A DNA stretch of 63,436 nucleotides, filler included, from Rhabdomonas costata (taxonomy: Eukaryota): the NCBI GenBank assembly GCA_019059605.1. It is 44 parts of 44 records of this genome, joined end to end, with 100 filler letters (N's around TTAATTAATTAA, not from the genome) between each part and the next. Parts side by side here need not be neighbours in the genome. Positions count along the whole stretch, not along the records: positions 1 to 1,345 come from JAHMHO010018712.1; positions 1,446 to 2,790 come from JAHMHO010018713.1; positions 2,891 to 4,235 come from JAHMHO010018714.1; positions 4,336 to 5,680 come from JAHMHO010018715.1; positions 5,781 to 7,122 come from JAHMHO010018716.1; positions 7,223 to 8,567 come from JAHMHO010018717.1; positions 8,668 to 10,012 come from JAHMHO010018718.1; positions 10,113 to 11,456 come from JAHMHO010018719.1; 36 more parts are not named here. One strand, given 5' to 3'. The first letter of the stretch is position 1. Every line of letters begins with the position of its first letter. This document shows, piece after piece, positions 1 to 12,208 of the stretch. The notes beneath the pieces were generated by a model that saw only the letters and a program-made list of their open reading frames with translations, did not search any database and was not told the DNA's origin. A program made the translations under genes and the position numbers.

Positions 1-233
1 GGTGTGTGGTGATAGCCGTTTGCAGGGGGTTAGGAGGCGCCGGTTAGGAGGATTAGTTAGAAGCACGCAGCACGCAGGGGGAGGGGGTGCAGCAACTTAC
101 GGTTAGGAGGCGATGCAAGCATTAGGTTTAGCCAGCGATCCGTGTGCGCTTCCGGGAGGGACCAAATGGAAGGGGGGGTGGGCTGTGTGGATACTTACTT
201 ATCCGAAAAAAGTTATGGCACGCAGCTGCGTAC

Positions 234-897
234 TTGAATTGTGTTCCCCACAATTCTGACCGTGGACCCCTCCAGAACAGAAACTCCTGCGTTGCGGTGA
301 CCATAGATGTCATTGCCTTCAATCAAGGTGCCAGAGGCTTGTGCCGTGACGAGCACGCCGTTGACCTCTCCGTTGCGAATTCGATTGTTCAGAATCTTCA
401 CCGATGTATCACCTGGAACCGATATAAAAAACCAGAGAATCAGAAAAATGGACCGTGTTATCAACCGACAGCATCCAACAGACGAAGATGAGATCACGGA
501 GGACTCGGCTGCAGCTGTGAAATGTTTGCTGGCTGGATTGTGAGGTTAGAAAAATAAAGGTAACCACGTGCATATACCATCACAGAAAGGAAAACCAGTA
601 AAAATGGAATCAATACCCCGGACATGTCACGATTTTTTTTAGTCTTGTTCTTAGTTTCTTCGTATATCTTAGTTACAGTCATAGATAAGTTTAGAGTCTT
701 GGCCGGGGGGTGGGGGGTCGCGTTTCTTTAAATTGTTCGCGCCAACCAGAGCACACCTTGTACTTCCACTTGGGTGCGCGCGTTCTCCAGAAAATCGTTG
801 TCGGCGACCACAACTTGAGCACCACGACAAGCCAGCAAGCCCACAGACTTGTTTGTGTGAATGCGGTTGTTCTGGACCAATATTTCCCTGGTTCGTC
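234..897 (-). CDS. Right-handed parallel beta-helix repeat protein, two internal exons
   Basis: Exons 897-757 (..ILVQNNRIHTNKSVGLLACRGAQVVVADNDFLENARTQVEVQ) and 412-234 (GDTSVKILNNRIRNGEVNGVLV..LIEGNDIYGHRNAGVSV..IVGNTIQ). The GT-AG intron is phase-consistent (G|GT), and the IxxNxI repeats are typical of PbH1/NosD domains. Confidence 0.8.
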
Positions 898-1345
898 CTT
901 GAAATGAGAGCCCCAAGCTCTGCAGAGCAAGGGCACCAGTCCAACCAGTCAAAACCAGTCCATAAAAGAATGAGAGAAACGAGTCCAGGTATTTTTTAGG
1001 CCCCCACACCGGCCACGAAATATTAGTAGTGTATTTTACCTAAGTTAAGTATCTAAGTTGAAGTTATTCCAAAAATAAATTGCCTCATTTTAAATGGGAC
1101 ACCCCATTTCTAGTTTGGGCATATACTCCTCCTATTGTAATAGAATATATATGCACTGTGTGCAGTGTCGTATCGTGACTCCTGCACAAGGGGGCGGGGT
1201 GCAGAATCGTGAAAATTGCCGCTAGAAAGACGCGCTAGAAGGACGCTAGAAAGTAGAAGAGAAAGAAAATTGCATGCATTTCCGGTGGGAAGCTGAAACT
1301 CGACTCCCCCCCTTGTGCAGGAGTCACGATACGACACAACACACA

Positions 1346-1445
1346 NNNNNNNNNNNNNNNNNNNNNNNNNNNNNNNNNNNNNNNNNNNNTTAATTAATTA
1401 ANNNNNNNNNNNNNNNNNNNNNNNNNNNNNNNNNNNNNNNNNNNN
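1346..1445. other. Artificial contig spacer (first of 43)
   Basis: 44 N + TTAATTAATTAA (stops in all six frames) + 44 N, recurring about every 1444 nt through the window. Confidence 0.99.
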
Positions 1446-2440
1446 TTGTGGTTTTGTAAATACCCAGTGTTAGACAATCCAGAGAGGATTGTGGTGATTG
1501 ACATCGAGCTTATAGAATATTCAAGTGAGGTGGTTGGATCCAGAGTTCCACATTATCATGCCGTTACGTGGACAAAAGGCAGAGGAACGGCGTACACATG
1601 GAGTACTTTGAATTACATGTGTGCGAATTGGGATTCGCCCCCGTTTTTGGTGTGTTAAGAACTTCAGTAACCCGAGGCAATGGTGGACTTTTGAGCAGTT
1701 TGTTTCTCTTGCAGAGTACTATATGAAGGGGAAAAGACGCCGTTGGACAGTGATGTTGCCGAGAGAGTTGGCGTAGGCTTACGAGTTCCAGAGGGAGATA
1801 AAGTTTACTTTGCCTTCTACGACGTGCACCCTCTGATCAGTGCGAAACATTACCTGTCCAGACCCGAGTTTGATGACCAATACAGAGTGATTAACGAGGT
1901 GGATCGGAGTTGTTGGTGGTACGTAGAGAACAACGTTCACCAGTTAAGGTACAGTCATGGAGAAGCGGGTACGACGTTTGGGCAGGCTTTGCAGAGATTG
2001 AAGTCGGCGGTGCGGACGATGAAGCTGGATAAGTTAATGGTTAATGGAAATCCAGAGGAGGCGGAGTTTCTGAGCAAATATTTTGAGTTGTTAGGACTTC
2101 CAGACCATCCGCCGATAGTGGCATGCCACAGAGTAAGAGTGAAGCATCCAGGTGCGTTGTCTCCAGAGGTCCAGAGTAAAGTGTTGCATCAATTCAAGTT
2201 TTTGGTGATGACTACAAACCAATGCCACTTGGGACAGCATATGGTGATGTCGCGTTTCCAGAGAGAGTAAAAGGTGGACCACTGTGCTGTGGTTGAGTGC
2301 TTGTATTACTCAATGTATGTGTTGACAGGTTCCAGAGTGGGAAGTTTCACAAAAGGCCGGTACCCGGCGTTTATCAGACACTTTGCCCTTGACGAGAGGA
2401 GGTCCATTCCAAAGAAGCCAGGGAATGAGAAGACTTGCTG
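1446..2440 (+). pseudogene. DEDD-superfamily exonuclease-like ORF (Polinton-associated or Maelstrom-like), interrupted
   Basis: One frame carries IVVIDIE (ExoI DxE, ~1488-1508), YVENNVHQLRYSHG, LMVNGNPEEAEFLSKYF, NQCHLGQH and, after an in-frame TAA at 2268-2270, DHCAVVECLYY. Stops at ~1656-1694 may lie in an intron. Confidence 0.55.
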
Positions 2441-2703
2441 AGCAAGTACCTAACACATTTTGGAACCACACCTGGTTGAGGTTCTAGAGAGTTGCACAGA
2501 GCCGGAAATTTTCAGAGATGGAAGATCCTATCTACAGATGGTGTTGATCAGAGCTCAGGTTTTGTGAATTGGTGATTCCGGAGATTCCGGAGAACGCAAT
2601 GAACCCATAGCCCCGAAACCGACACCAGAAGGCCAAGAACCCAACCCCAAGACAGAATGCCGAACCCCTGAAATCCCCGACTCGCGAGCACTCACCCCAA
2701 CCC

Positions 2704-2740
2704 CGAATGCCAGAATGCCGAATGCCGAATGCCGAATACC
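2704..2740 (+). repeat. 7-bp tandem repeat (GAATGCC)n
   Basis: About 5 near-perfect units visible. Confidence 0.8.
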
Positions 2741-3650
2741 CAACCCCATATCCAGAAGTCACCAGCAAACCGCCCGTAGGCACAACCACANNNNNNNNNN
2801 NNNNNNNNNNNNNNNNNNNNNNNNNNNNNNNNNNTTAATTAATTAANNNNNNNNNNNNNNNNNNNNNNNNNNNNNNNNNNNNNNNNNNNNGGTTGGTGGG
2901 ATGGTCCAGCGGAGCCCAGCATGCAACGTGAAATGGTGAAACCTACCGACACTAACCATGATGTAGATGAGGGATGTTGGTGCGTATAGTATCAGCAAGG
3001 CATAAGGCTGATGACCTGATTCTGTTGAGACCTACGCAACGAAACCAACCCCTGGTGTGGTGAAGGAACCCAACGTAGGTGAGTAAGAGAGGCGATACAG
3101 TCGTCACTCACTCCACCACCGTAAGGTGCCTACGTTCGTTCCTCCGACTCCAACTCCAACTCAGGAAGAAGGAAGAATGCGATGGATGCGATGGATCACT
3201 CCCCACCATAAGGTGGTACCTTCACATGTTCTGGTTGGGTTGTATGATGTCACAATAGTCACACCCGCTCGTTGCACATGTTCCTCATGTCCCTCTTAGT
3301 CGTTACAATCACTCCCTCCGCTGCGCTCCGGTCGGTCCGGGATGTGGCGTGGTTGCTGTGGACCGCTAACGGCCTTGGATTGTGCTTTTGGAGCTCGCTG
3401 CTGGCAGCGCCCCAACGCCCCTGACACCGACTTGGGGTGTCCATGGTTCTTCGCTTCCCCGATCAGCTCGCCAATTTGTGGGGCTGTGGTCCGGAGGCTC
3501 AGGTTGAGGACGCTTTGTTGGATCTCAAACGCTGAAACGTACTGAATCTGAATGAATAGGGGGTTACTGATCCTTGTGGGCCATCGCGCATCTGACCATC
3601 CCACCACCACCGCGCCATTTGGTCACCAATAAAGCACAGGGCTCTCTATC

Positions 3651-3658
3651 TGTGTGTG

Positions 3659-3690
<32 letters not shown>

Positions 3691-3697
3691 TGCGTGT
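3651..3697 (+). repeat. (TG)n/(TGCG)n compound microsatellite
   Basis: Directly visible. Confidence 0.95.
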
Positions 3698-4439
3698 GGG
3701 CGGGCATCGCGACCACCCCCATGTCATTTGGGATGTCCAGCAACGCGCCAAAAACCCACCGTAAGCAATATAGTTACGTGCATTGATTTAATTTACTAGA
3801 AGTGCCGGTTTGCACCTTGATCCTAAGAACTTTGTTTTTACCCCATCAACCGACCTCTCTATTATTTTGTTGTTGTTCCACAACGCCGCTGCTACTTCTA
3901 CCCTTTTCCTTCGCACTGGAAAAAATTGATAAATTGCTGTCGCTTCTTTGTCCTTTCTCCTTTCGGTTGCTGGCCCTTGTGCCCCATTCTACACCATATC
4001 ACCTGCTTGGTACATAACCCACTTTTGGGTCGCACGTGCCCGGCATTTTATAAATAGGGCAATTGAGCAATACTTGGTACCACATAAAAAGGGGTTCACA
4101 ATCGCACACGAGGTGTTGATCAGGGGATAATTCCGTGTTTTCCCCCCCCAAAAAAAAGGGCAACCATTATCTTCGAACCGCCTTGGGCATCACAAGGCCT
4201 TTTCTCTTGTGCGGCGCCGCAGCGCTTCACCGAGTNNNNNNNNNNNNNNNNNNNNNNNNNNNNNNNNNNNNNNNNNNNNTTAATTAATTAANNNNNNNNN
4301 NNNNNNNNNNNNNNNNNNNNNNNNNNNNNNNNNNNTTGTTGGAAAGACACAGTGAATTGCAAACAAAAATGGCCGGGGCAGAGGGTGAGGGCCCCACACT
4401 GACAGGGGTAAGGTTGCAAACAGTCCTTGCAGCACCTGG

Positions 4440-5010
4440 TGTAATGATTCTGTGGTCAACTTACAGATCTTTGCGACAACAATGACGAAGCTGTCAACAT
4501 TGCGGGGCAAAAACATTGCACGAAGCGAGTGATTGCATGTGGGTGCGGGTGAGATAAGAACCGTGGACTCGGACAGCTCTTGCTCCGCCCTTCGTGAGGT
4601 TCCAGGAGAGTGCACCGGGCCGAGAAGCAGACGGAATCGAATTGGGGTCTCTCCCTATTGCAGAATGCCCAATCCATTGCAAAATCACCCACCACAACAA
4701 ACGGTGAAATGAAAGCAAGCAACACATTTCGAAGTCCATCGTGAGTAGGAGCGGGTAAAGGAGTGAGGAATTGGAATTTTAAACACCCCAAAATTGAAAA
4801 GGGCCCATCTACAGGGTAAAGAGTAAAGGGTACTTCAACTTCTCCTTTGTCAAGGCAAACATTGATCCTTACACTTCCAGCATGGTCTTGTTTGGGGTCT
4901 CCAAAGGAGCTTTGCGCAAAAGAGATGCGCATGGCGATGGATGAAAACTGGCCTAGGATTCGCTCCAAAGCCTAGAATCCCTTGCATCCTGGAGTCCCTT
5001 AGCACCCTGC
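4440..5010 (-). mobile_element. Degenerate LTR retrotransposon pol relic (aspartic protease, then integrase Zn-binding region)
   Basis: VLRDSRMQG (degenerate DSG), SFGDPKQDHAGSVRINVC..VPFTLYPVDGPFSILG (retropepsin C-terminal pattern) and LSHPHPHAITRF (HHCC-like). Frameshifted. Confidence 0.45.
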
Positions 5011-5230
5011 AAGCAAAATATTCAATGTCGCAAAACTACGCATGATATCACGGGAAGCCCGAGTGGAAAAAAACAGAGTTCGATGCACCGGTGGCAAAGC
5101 GCAAAACTCCAACCAAGGGCATGCTGTACGGAAACACTTGGATGCAAGTGAAGATGTCAGGGAAGTGCTGTGAAATGCATCACAGAGGTGTGTGTGCGTC
5201 TCTGTGTGTGTGTGTGTGCACTAATCGCAC

Positions 5231-5359
5231 CCTGTTGTAAAGGCACACGGTCTGGTGCAGCGTGTCCGAGGGCTGGCACGGCGGAAAGACCACCGCACTC
5301 TTGCTCAGGGTCCCCGCGGGCAGGAAGTGGGGCTGGTTGGTAAAGCTGTTGCCGCTAAC
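5231..5359 (-). CDS. Internal exon resembling flagellar protein CFAP65
   Basis: cag|VSGNSFTNQPHFLPAGTLSKSAVVFPPCQPSDTLHQTVCLYNR|gt with GC-rich third positions. The GxSF..HxxP..FP..TV.L.N pattern is recalled from CFAP65/CCDC108 and is not verified. Confidence 0.45.
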
Positions 5360-5386
5360 CTGGCGTGCGCCGAACACACACACATA

Positions 5387-5680
5387 CTTGGTGCACTTGG
5401 CAAGGATGAGTTTTTTCTGGGGAGGACTCGAGGTCCACTTCCCCCCTGGGCTCCCACCTTCCGATGGGGCATGGGCCCATCGGGCCTCACACCCTTGTCA
5501 GTCCATGATACCTTGTCCCGCTGTCTTGTCACATAGGGTTGGTTTATCCCATGCCCCCGATCCACAGTGTACGCGGGGCCTTGGGAACCCCGATTGGCGC
5601 GTTTAGAGATCTCTTTGTGGGTACCCAACCTTCCGCGCTCGTACACTTCCTTTTGGGCGCTATTGCCCTTCTGGGTTTGG
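5387..5680. mobile_element. (CA)n-associated interspersed repeat, copy 1 (cut by contig end)
   Basis: Roughly 95% identical by eye to 47912-48209. Starts directly after an (AC)n tract. Confidence 0.9.
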
Positions 5681-6230
5681 NNNNNNNNNNNNNNNNNNNN
5701 NNNNNNNNNNNNNNNNNNNNNNNNTTAATTAATTAANNNNNNNNNNNNNNNNNNNNNNNNNNNNNNNNNNNNNNNNNNNNGGGTGGCTATGGGTGTGGTA
5801 GATACGTAGATACGGTGGTGGGCATTGGTGAGGAGAAGAGAGAAGTGGGGTGGGGCATCGTTCTCGAGCGAGTGACTCGGCAGGAAGCGCCATAGAAGGA
5901 CTTGGGAAACGTTCCTTGAGAGAGGGTTGTCTTTTTAGGTGGCTTGAAGTTCCCCAGGACAGAGTGCGGAAAAAGGTCGTCCTGAGGATGGAAGAGAATG
6001 TCTTCAGTCTCGGAGTACATTCCACGCCCCAAAATTTCAGGTGTCAAGGGTGGCATCACTCATTGGGACAGGTTGGCGCATTCTGAGATTAAGTTACCTT
6101 TGTCACGCTTCATGCAAATGTACGCACATAACTGCCACCCGGGTCGCGCTGGGCCAGGCGTCTTCCCTGCCGTAGCCCAGGCTTACATTACTTTACATTG
6201 CAATCATTCTTTCGGTAAAAATAGCTTGCA

Positions 6231-7030
6231 CTAGAGATCCGGAGAAATCGCGGATTCTGCGACCAACCTGAAGTCAGCTCCTCCAAAGAAGCTTTCCAAC
6301 TGATCATGACGATCACCCCTCAAAAGTAACCGAGCGAAATCAGATGTCTCGATGACCTCAGAAAAGCGTGGACTACGGACCGCTGACTTCAGCAAAAAAA
6401 AAAAAACAGCTCGCTTTCCCCCCTTTGTGGGTTTCGTTTCATGTTTTTCTGCTTGCTTTGCTTTTCCTAGTGTGCTCTTCCCTCCTCCCTCATTCCCGTT
6501 TGTTGTGCCCTTTTCAGCTTGAACGCTACTGATTTCACGCGTCCTCAGATGCACGCTTTCTGCTCCAAGCCCATCGTCCCCAATAAGTTTCGTTTATTTG
6601 CTGTTGACGTCTGCCATCGAACCACTCACTGAACTGTGCTTCAAATTTCTGGCCTACTTGGCGCACCCGTCCACTCACCCACCCCTCGTATGAGCACGCG
6701 ATATCTCCAAATACCAAAAGGCCAAGAGAGCAAGCTTCACTATTGGGGCGTGAACGTTTCCACGTGCTGCGCAGCACGGAAATGAGTCACACTGGCCAAT
6801 GTGAACCCAACCTTGCAGAACACCTCTCTAAGGGTCCCCTGAAGTGACTGCCGTCCTCCTCCCCTCCCGCGTCACCAGGCCAACTTTTTACCAGAGGATT
6901 ATGATGCCATGCGTCCAACATAATTGCTGCTCTCGCCTTCGAAAGCCTCATCACAAGAATCTGCACGGAGTTGTCTTGAGAAAAAGCATCCAGTACGCAA
7001 AGAAAGGAAACCCCGAAGAGGAATGAGAAT
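6231..7030 (-). mobile_element. Degenerate retrotransposon integrase (rve) relic
   Basis: FLCVLDAFS..ARAAIMLDAWHHNP..EDGSHFRGPLERCSARLG..HW follows the D,D spacing of a Copia-like integrase core. Stops and frameshifts present. Confidence 0.45.
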
Positions 7031-8852
7031 GACCAGGATAGCTGTCCCCCGAAGCGAACCATGGCAACACACATACCAGTACACACATGTCAGCACACGT
7101 GCGTTCGCTACGAACAAAAACANNNNNNNNNNNNNNNNNNNNNNNNNNNNNNNNNNNNNNNNNNNNTTAATTAATTAANNNNNNNNNNNNNNNNNNNNNN
7201 NNNNNNNNNNNNNNNNNNNNNNTTTGTTGTTGACCGGTTCTTTGTGATTCTAACCCTATCATCACATGACATGACGCGGGCCATATAAGTGTGGGATACG
7301 TGCTATTGCGATTACGTACACGAGCTAATTTGTTTGTCGCCAGCATGTGCGTGTGTGCGTGTGTGTGTGTGTGCGCGCGGACAACGCGCTTACCAGCTCG
7401 AGAAAGGGAGCCGAGCCTTCCCATGCCCTTGGAGGTGACGCACCTTAACACACCGTACCAAAAAAAACCTGGCCACACGTCATGACTGAAGATAGCCCAA
7501 GCGACAAAATTTCACTCGAAGGAATGAAGATAACAGCATAAAAAACAAGCAAGGGCGCAGCGCGCCGCGCGCAGCGCTAAGGGGTCCCGTAACAAAACGA
7601 GGGTGCATGCTTACACCAATATGGATTACACCTACTTCGAGAAAAAACCCCTCCCCGCGGTTTGCCGCTATTCCGACCAACCGAAAACACAACCGAAAAC
7701 ACCACTTTACCCAAGCGGCCGAAGTTCCCTCATTTTCACCCCTTTCGAAGCCCTTGTCGACGCCAAAAACCCCCCCTTTTCAAGGCTTTTTGCCCCCAAA
7801 AGTCCGTCCCCAGAGCCTCAAAAATCCCTCAAATCCGCATAAAAACGCGTTTTTCGGCACACCCGACCTCAGAAACGTCATATTGGGTCGATTTCCGGAG
7901 GGTCGATTTTTTCACCCCGGACACCCCATTTTTGACCCTTACATGGTACCACCAGGGCAGGCCTCGAAAAGGTTCCAAATTCGACCAAAAATCGGCGTTT
8001 TCAGCGTCAAGATGGTCAAATCAAAGCACCAAACCGTGTTTTTCGTGTTCTACGGCCCCGAAAATGGCATCCAAAAGTGCTTTTTTCACCCGCCAACAAC
8101 TCCGGTATTGATCGAATCCAGGTGTAGCGGTTGTATTGGTTTGACCTTGTTTAGTAGTCGTTCATCCCTCCATACACAATGAAAATACAAGCTACACCGT
8201 GAAGGCCGAAAGGTTCCGCCAGTTGTCAGATTACATGAAAATACGATCTCATTTTATCGAGAAGCCTGTTTTATTTCCGCTGGAAGCGCTGGCCTTGTGC
8301 GCACAGCTTCGTCATTGAATTTTATGAGGCTCGCAGAATATCCACACATATATCCACACCCCAGCATGAGTAAAGTACAATTGAGGTGGCGAAGAAGAAA
8401 CTAAGTCAGACTTGCCCCACCAGAATTTTGCAAAAACCTTCTATAGGGCCAACTTTCCCCTCTGCCCTTTTTCTTTTATTTTCACATTTTATGCAATCTT
8501 TGACCCAGGGGATAAAAACGAATAACTGTGTCAAAATCAGACCTTCCTGAAAAGGTCAAATCTGCAANNNNNNNNNNNNNNNNNNNNNNNNNNNNNNNNN
8601 NNNNNNNNNNNTTAATTAATTAANNNNNNNNNNNNNNNNNNNNNNNNNNNNNNNNNNNNNNNNNNNNAGCGTCCCAGTGCCCGATGCCGGAGTCGCTCCA
8701 ATCGCTGGAAGACCAGTTGATTGCTTGCAAGCACCCACGTAACAGCTCCATCAGTACTCTCACTCAAACTCACAACTCACAACCTTTGCTTCAATCAATA
8801 CATTCAAAAGACGGAACAGGAAAGCCAGCAAGCCGCTGAGACGAAGACGCAC

Positions 8853-9750
8853 ACCGAAGTTGTTGTTGAACTTCACGTACTTGCCCTTCAGGAAGGGCTC
8901 CCCGGTCAGCAGCGGTCGCGCCGCCCTCTGGAACCGCTCCAACACAAAGCTATCCAGAAACTCCACCTTCTTCGGCACTCCTCGGCGGTTGTACAGACTG
9001 CGCAAACAGCAGGGTTCCCATTGCTAGCTGGCAAGTTGGCTTCTTCTTGGATTTTCCTCCTCCCTTTTAAGATCCCGTGCACCAGACACCAATCTGCTGT
9101 CAACTAAGTGGGTCAGGCATAAACTGGTAGGTCTTATAAGAAGGCACAGTTACAGCATATTCTGATGTCGATTCCAACGAAAACCACACAGCCATCTGGG
9201 TACTTCGAAAGAGGAAAGAAGTCCATCTCAACTCCAGAATCAATACAAGCAACAGTTTTTGGCATCTCTTCAAAGGGTTTCGTTTCGAGCACCATTATCC
9301 CAACATACCAGGGAAATAAAACGGGAAAATATATAAAATAAAGCGTTTTCCGGGAAAACAATCATTCTTTTATCAACAGCTTTCAAAAACCTATTAGTTC
9401 AGCGCACTACAGCACGTCGGCCACTTGACACTTCACAAAAAACAATCCCCGAAACTCGGCACACTTTCCAGTCAAGGTAAATTTACAAATGGACACGACT
9501 CACAAGCCTCGGTGAAGAAACGTGGCTTTAAGGGCAAACAACGGCCTAAAAATTAATGCTACTGAACCATTGCCATGATGGAGGGAAGTCGGACAACCCC
9601 ACTACCACCACAGCCTCCACCCGCCCACCTGGCGAAGTGCCGGCAGAACGCCTGCATCTGCACGTCGCTGAAGTATGTCTCAGGGGCGGAGGGGCGCTTC
9701 CACGTCTTCACCACAAAGGCGTTCTCCAGCTCGGGTTTCGTGAGGTCAAC
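8853..9750 (-). CDS. Alpha-kinase (eEF2K/MHCK family), two internal exons
   Basis: Exons 9750-9629 (..FVVKTWKR..TYFSDVQMQAFCRHFA) and 8997 to ~8853 (LYNRRGVPKKVEFLDSFVLE..GEPFLKGKYVKFNNNFG). GT-AG intron is phase-consistent, and EPFxxGxYxKxNNNxG is the alpha-kinase signature. Confidence 0.92.
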
Positions 9751-11287
9751 CTGCGACCCAACGCACATCACACGCACAGGCACGAATAATCAGGAGTGAA
9801 GGAGTTCAGCGAATAGTGGGTTGGCTGGAGTAGAGCTCTGACAGTCCCTTGAAGACAAGAGTGAGGGTGTGTGTGATGGCAAATGAGGAATGGGATTTCC
9901 GTGGAACTGGTCGGAATAGATTTCATGTAATGGAAATTCCTGCGTTTTGGTGCAGAACTCAAGACGGGATTCCTTTCGCCAGCTTCCGTGGCTAGCTTAG
10001 GAACCAAAAAAANNNNNNNNNNNNNNNNNNNNNNNNNNNNNNNNNNNNNNNNNNNNTTAATTAATTAANNNNNNNNNNNNNNNNNNNNNNNNNNNNNNNN
10101 NNNNNNNNNNNNGGGGTGGGGGTATGTCAGTGGCACCCGTGCCAAGAGTCGCAGGTTGAACTCCGCGCTCCCCGCATCGACATGAGAATGTCCAGGGTGG
10201 GGTTTGATTCTGGGGAGCCTTCTCAGTCCGTTGCTAAATCGCAATTCAAGTACGATAGAAAAAGTTACCACTGGTCTCCGTTACCACTGGTAACGGTTGC
10301 CACTGCGGACGGTAACCCCTGGTAACTGTTACCCCCTCCGCCAACGTCAATGGTACCTGCTTTTTCTGTGCGCCTCTCCTGCTGTGGAGCTGACAGCAGC
10401 GGTTGTCTCCTCGCAGGAGGTCAGCGGGGTGATGGAAGCCTGTCCTTTGTCTAGAGAGGGGCCCATGGTCCCAGAGGACTTCCCCTCTTCGGCCGTTGTT
10501 GTTCTATGCGGGCAGCCTTGCATTCCTCGTGCAGTGTTGTTGAGCTCACACTCGCCACTCGTCACTCTCTCCCACAGAGGGCATTTTTCCGCAATTCCGA
10601 AACAAAACCTCGGCTGGATCGACTGGTAAGCCTTCTACAAAGCCTCAGCCGCGGTCAGCATTTACTCACCGCAGCATTCCCAAACGGTGTTGTTACAACG
10701 GAAGACTTCCTGGTGGAAACTCACAATGAAGAAGGTTGCCGTCCGAATTGGGTGCTCTGGAGGTTGTGGGGGGGGGGAGTGGTAGTGGTTACCTTGGGGC
10801 ACCAGTGGTAACTATTTTTGTGAGGAATTTTTGAGCAGTCGTTTAAGCCCCCCACCCTCCATCGCGTCGTAGGCCTTCACTCCTTAACTAAAGCTATCCC
10901 ACTCGTCAACCCATGCTCCAGTTATACAGACATACAGCCTGGTCCATAGCCGGCACCAGCTGCTGCGCTGCGAATCCAGTGTTGAGGGGTGCAAGTTTTG
11001 GGTAAGAAAATGGCACGCGAGACTCCAATTCCTGCCCCCACGCAACGTCCCAACTCAAGGGCACGCTATGTCCAAGACGGCTCTGCTCTCCCGCTCTATA
11101 ATGAACCCGTCCCCCGCCCCCCTCATAAGCCCAGCAAGGAACCAGTGAAAAACAATCAGGGACTTGTGTAACGTCGTTATTCCGTTAAACACTGCTCCCA
11201 CTGCTGCTCAGCTTATAGCTCTCCTTGTATCGAAATTCTTGAAATTGTTGGTCCAACTGAACAAAAACTAATAAAAAATCGTTCATG

Positions 11288-11334
11288 TTTTAACTTTTTA
11301 ACTTTTAACTTTTAACTTTTTACTTTTAACTTTT
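11288..11334 (+). repeat. (TTTTAAC)n tandem repeat
   Basis: About 6-7 near-perfect units. Confidence 0.85.
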
Positions 11335-12208
11335 CTTGGGTAGTTGATGCAAGTACCCCCAATATGACGTTATTAGTTTTTTTACCCTGCTAACCTACAC
11401 AACACTTCATTGACTTGCCCTCCCAGTGTTCAAAGTCCTCGTCGTGCACACAGGAANNNNNNNNNNNNNNNNNNNNNNNNNNNNNNNNNNNNNNNNNNNN
11501 TTAATTAATTAANNNNNNNNNNNNNNNNNNNNNNNNNNNNNNNNNNNNNNNNNNNNGTGGGGGGGGGAGTGCTATAGACAAACAAAAGCAAACAGCAAAG
11601 GGAGCCATCTTACACACTAAAATCGCCGACGCGGGGGCCACCGCGAACACCGCGAACACCGCAAACACGGCAGTATGTCAGACACCACAAGGGAACAGGG
11701 GTACGAGAGCGCCATCGTCATCTTTGGAATTGTCGTCACGCCGCCTCCCCGTTGGCTGCCAAGCTTCTTCGGACTGTGGCGGGCAAATTTACTAGCAAAT
11801 GAACTGACCCAGCGACAGCGGCTGCCGCCATTCTTGAAGGTATCCGTGGAGTGTTTCCGACCCACCTTCCGACCCATCCACCTGTTGAATTGTGGCGATT
11901 GCACGTTCGAAACGAGCAACCTTCTGACCAACAACTTAAAAGAACTTCCAAAAGGGCAACGGGGTAATCAATAAATATCGCGTATGCTCGGGTCCCAAAA
12001 CAGCTGTCTACTTCTGTTGTAAAACGGTTAGCAGTTGAGATGAGCACTTGCTTGCTAATTTCGTCTGTCGGCTGCTGAGCGTCCTGGGAGAGGCGGCGCG
12101 CGTCAATGCCAACCGGAACGCAGCAACGCCCCTTCCATTCAGCCATCCATTCTTTGCTACCCACAGACAAGAGACACACAATTACCGAGCTCGGGCACCC
12201 ACCCCATT

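Noticed and set aside
27..131. Telomeric repeats
   Set aside because: Only scattered GGTTAGGAGG units, not a tandem TTAGGG array.
1390..1401. Regularly spaced TTAATTAATTAA as a CRISPR-like or biological repeat
   Set aside because: Embedded in fixed N padding. It is a six-frame stop linker added during concatenation.
2268..2270. Stop-codon reassignment (TAA read-through)
   Set aside because: TAA and TAG end intact genes here (cyclase 34134, RPL10A 30777) and conserved exons have no internal stops. Pseudogenisation or a sequencing error is simpler.
2975..3050. Hammerhead ribozyme (CTGATGA...GAAAC)
   Set aside because: Stems I and II do not pair and the cleavage triplet would be GTG. The similar motif at ~47200-47225 also lacks stem II.
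3610..3630. tRNA-Trp primer-binding site (TGGTGACC, minus strand)
   Set aside because: Only 8 nt match, with no LTR end or recognisable gag nearby.
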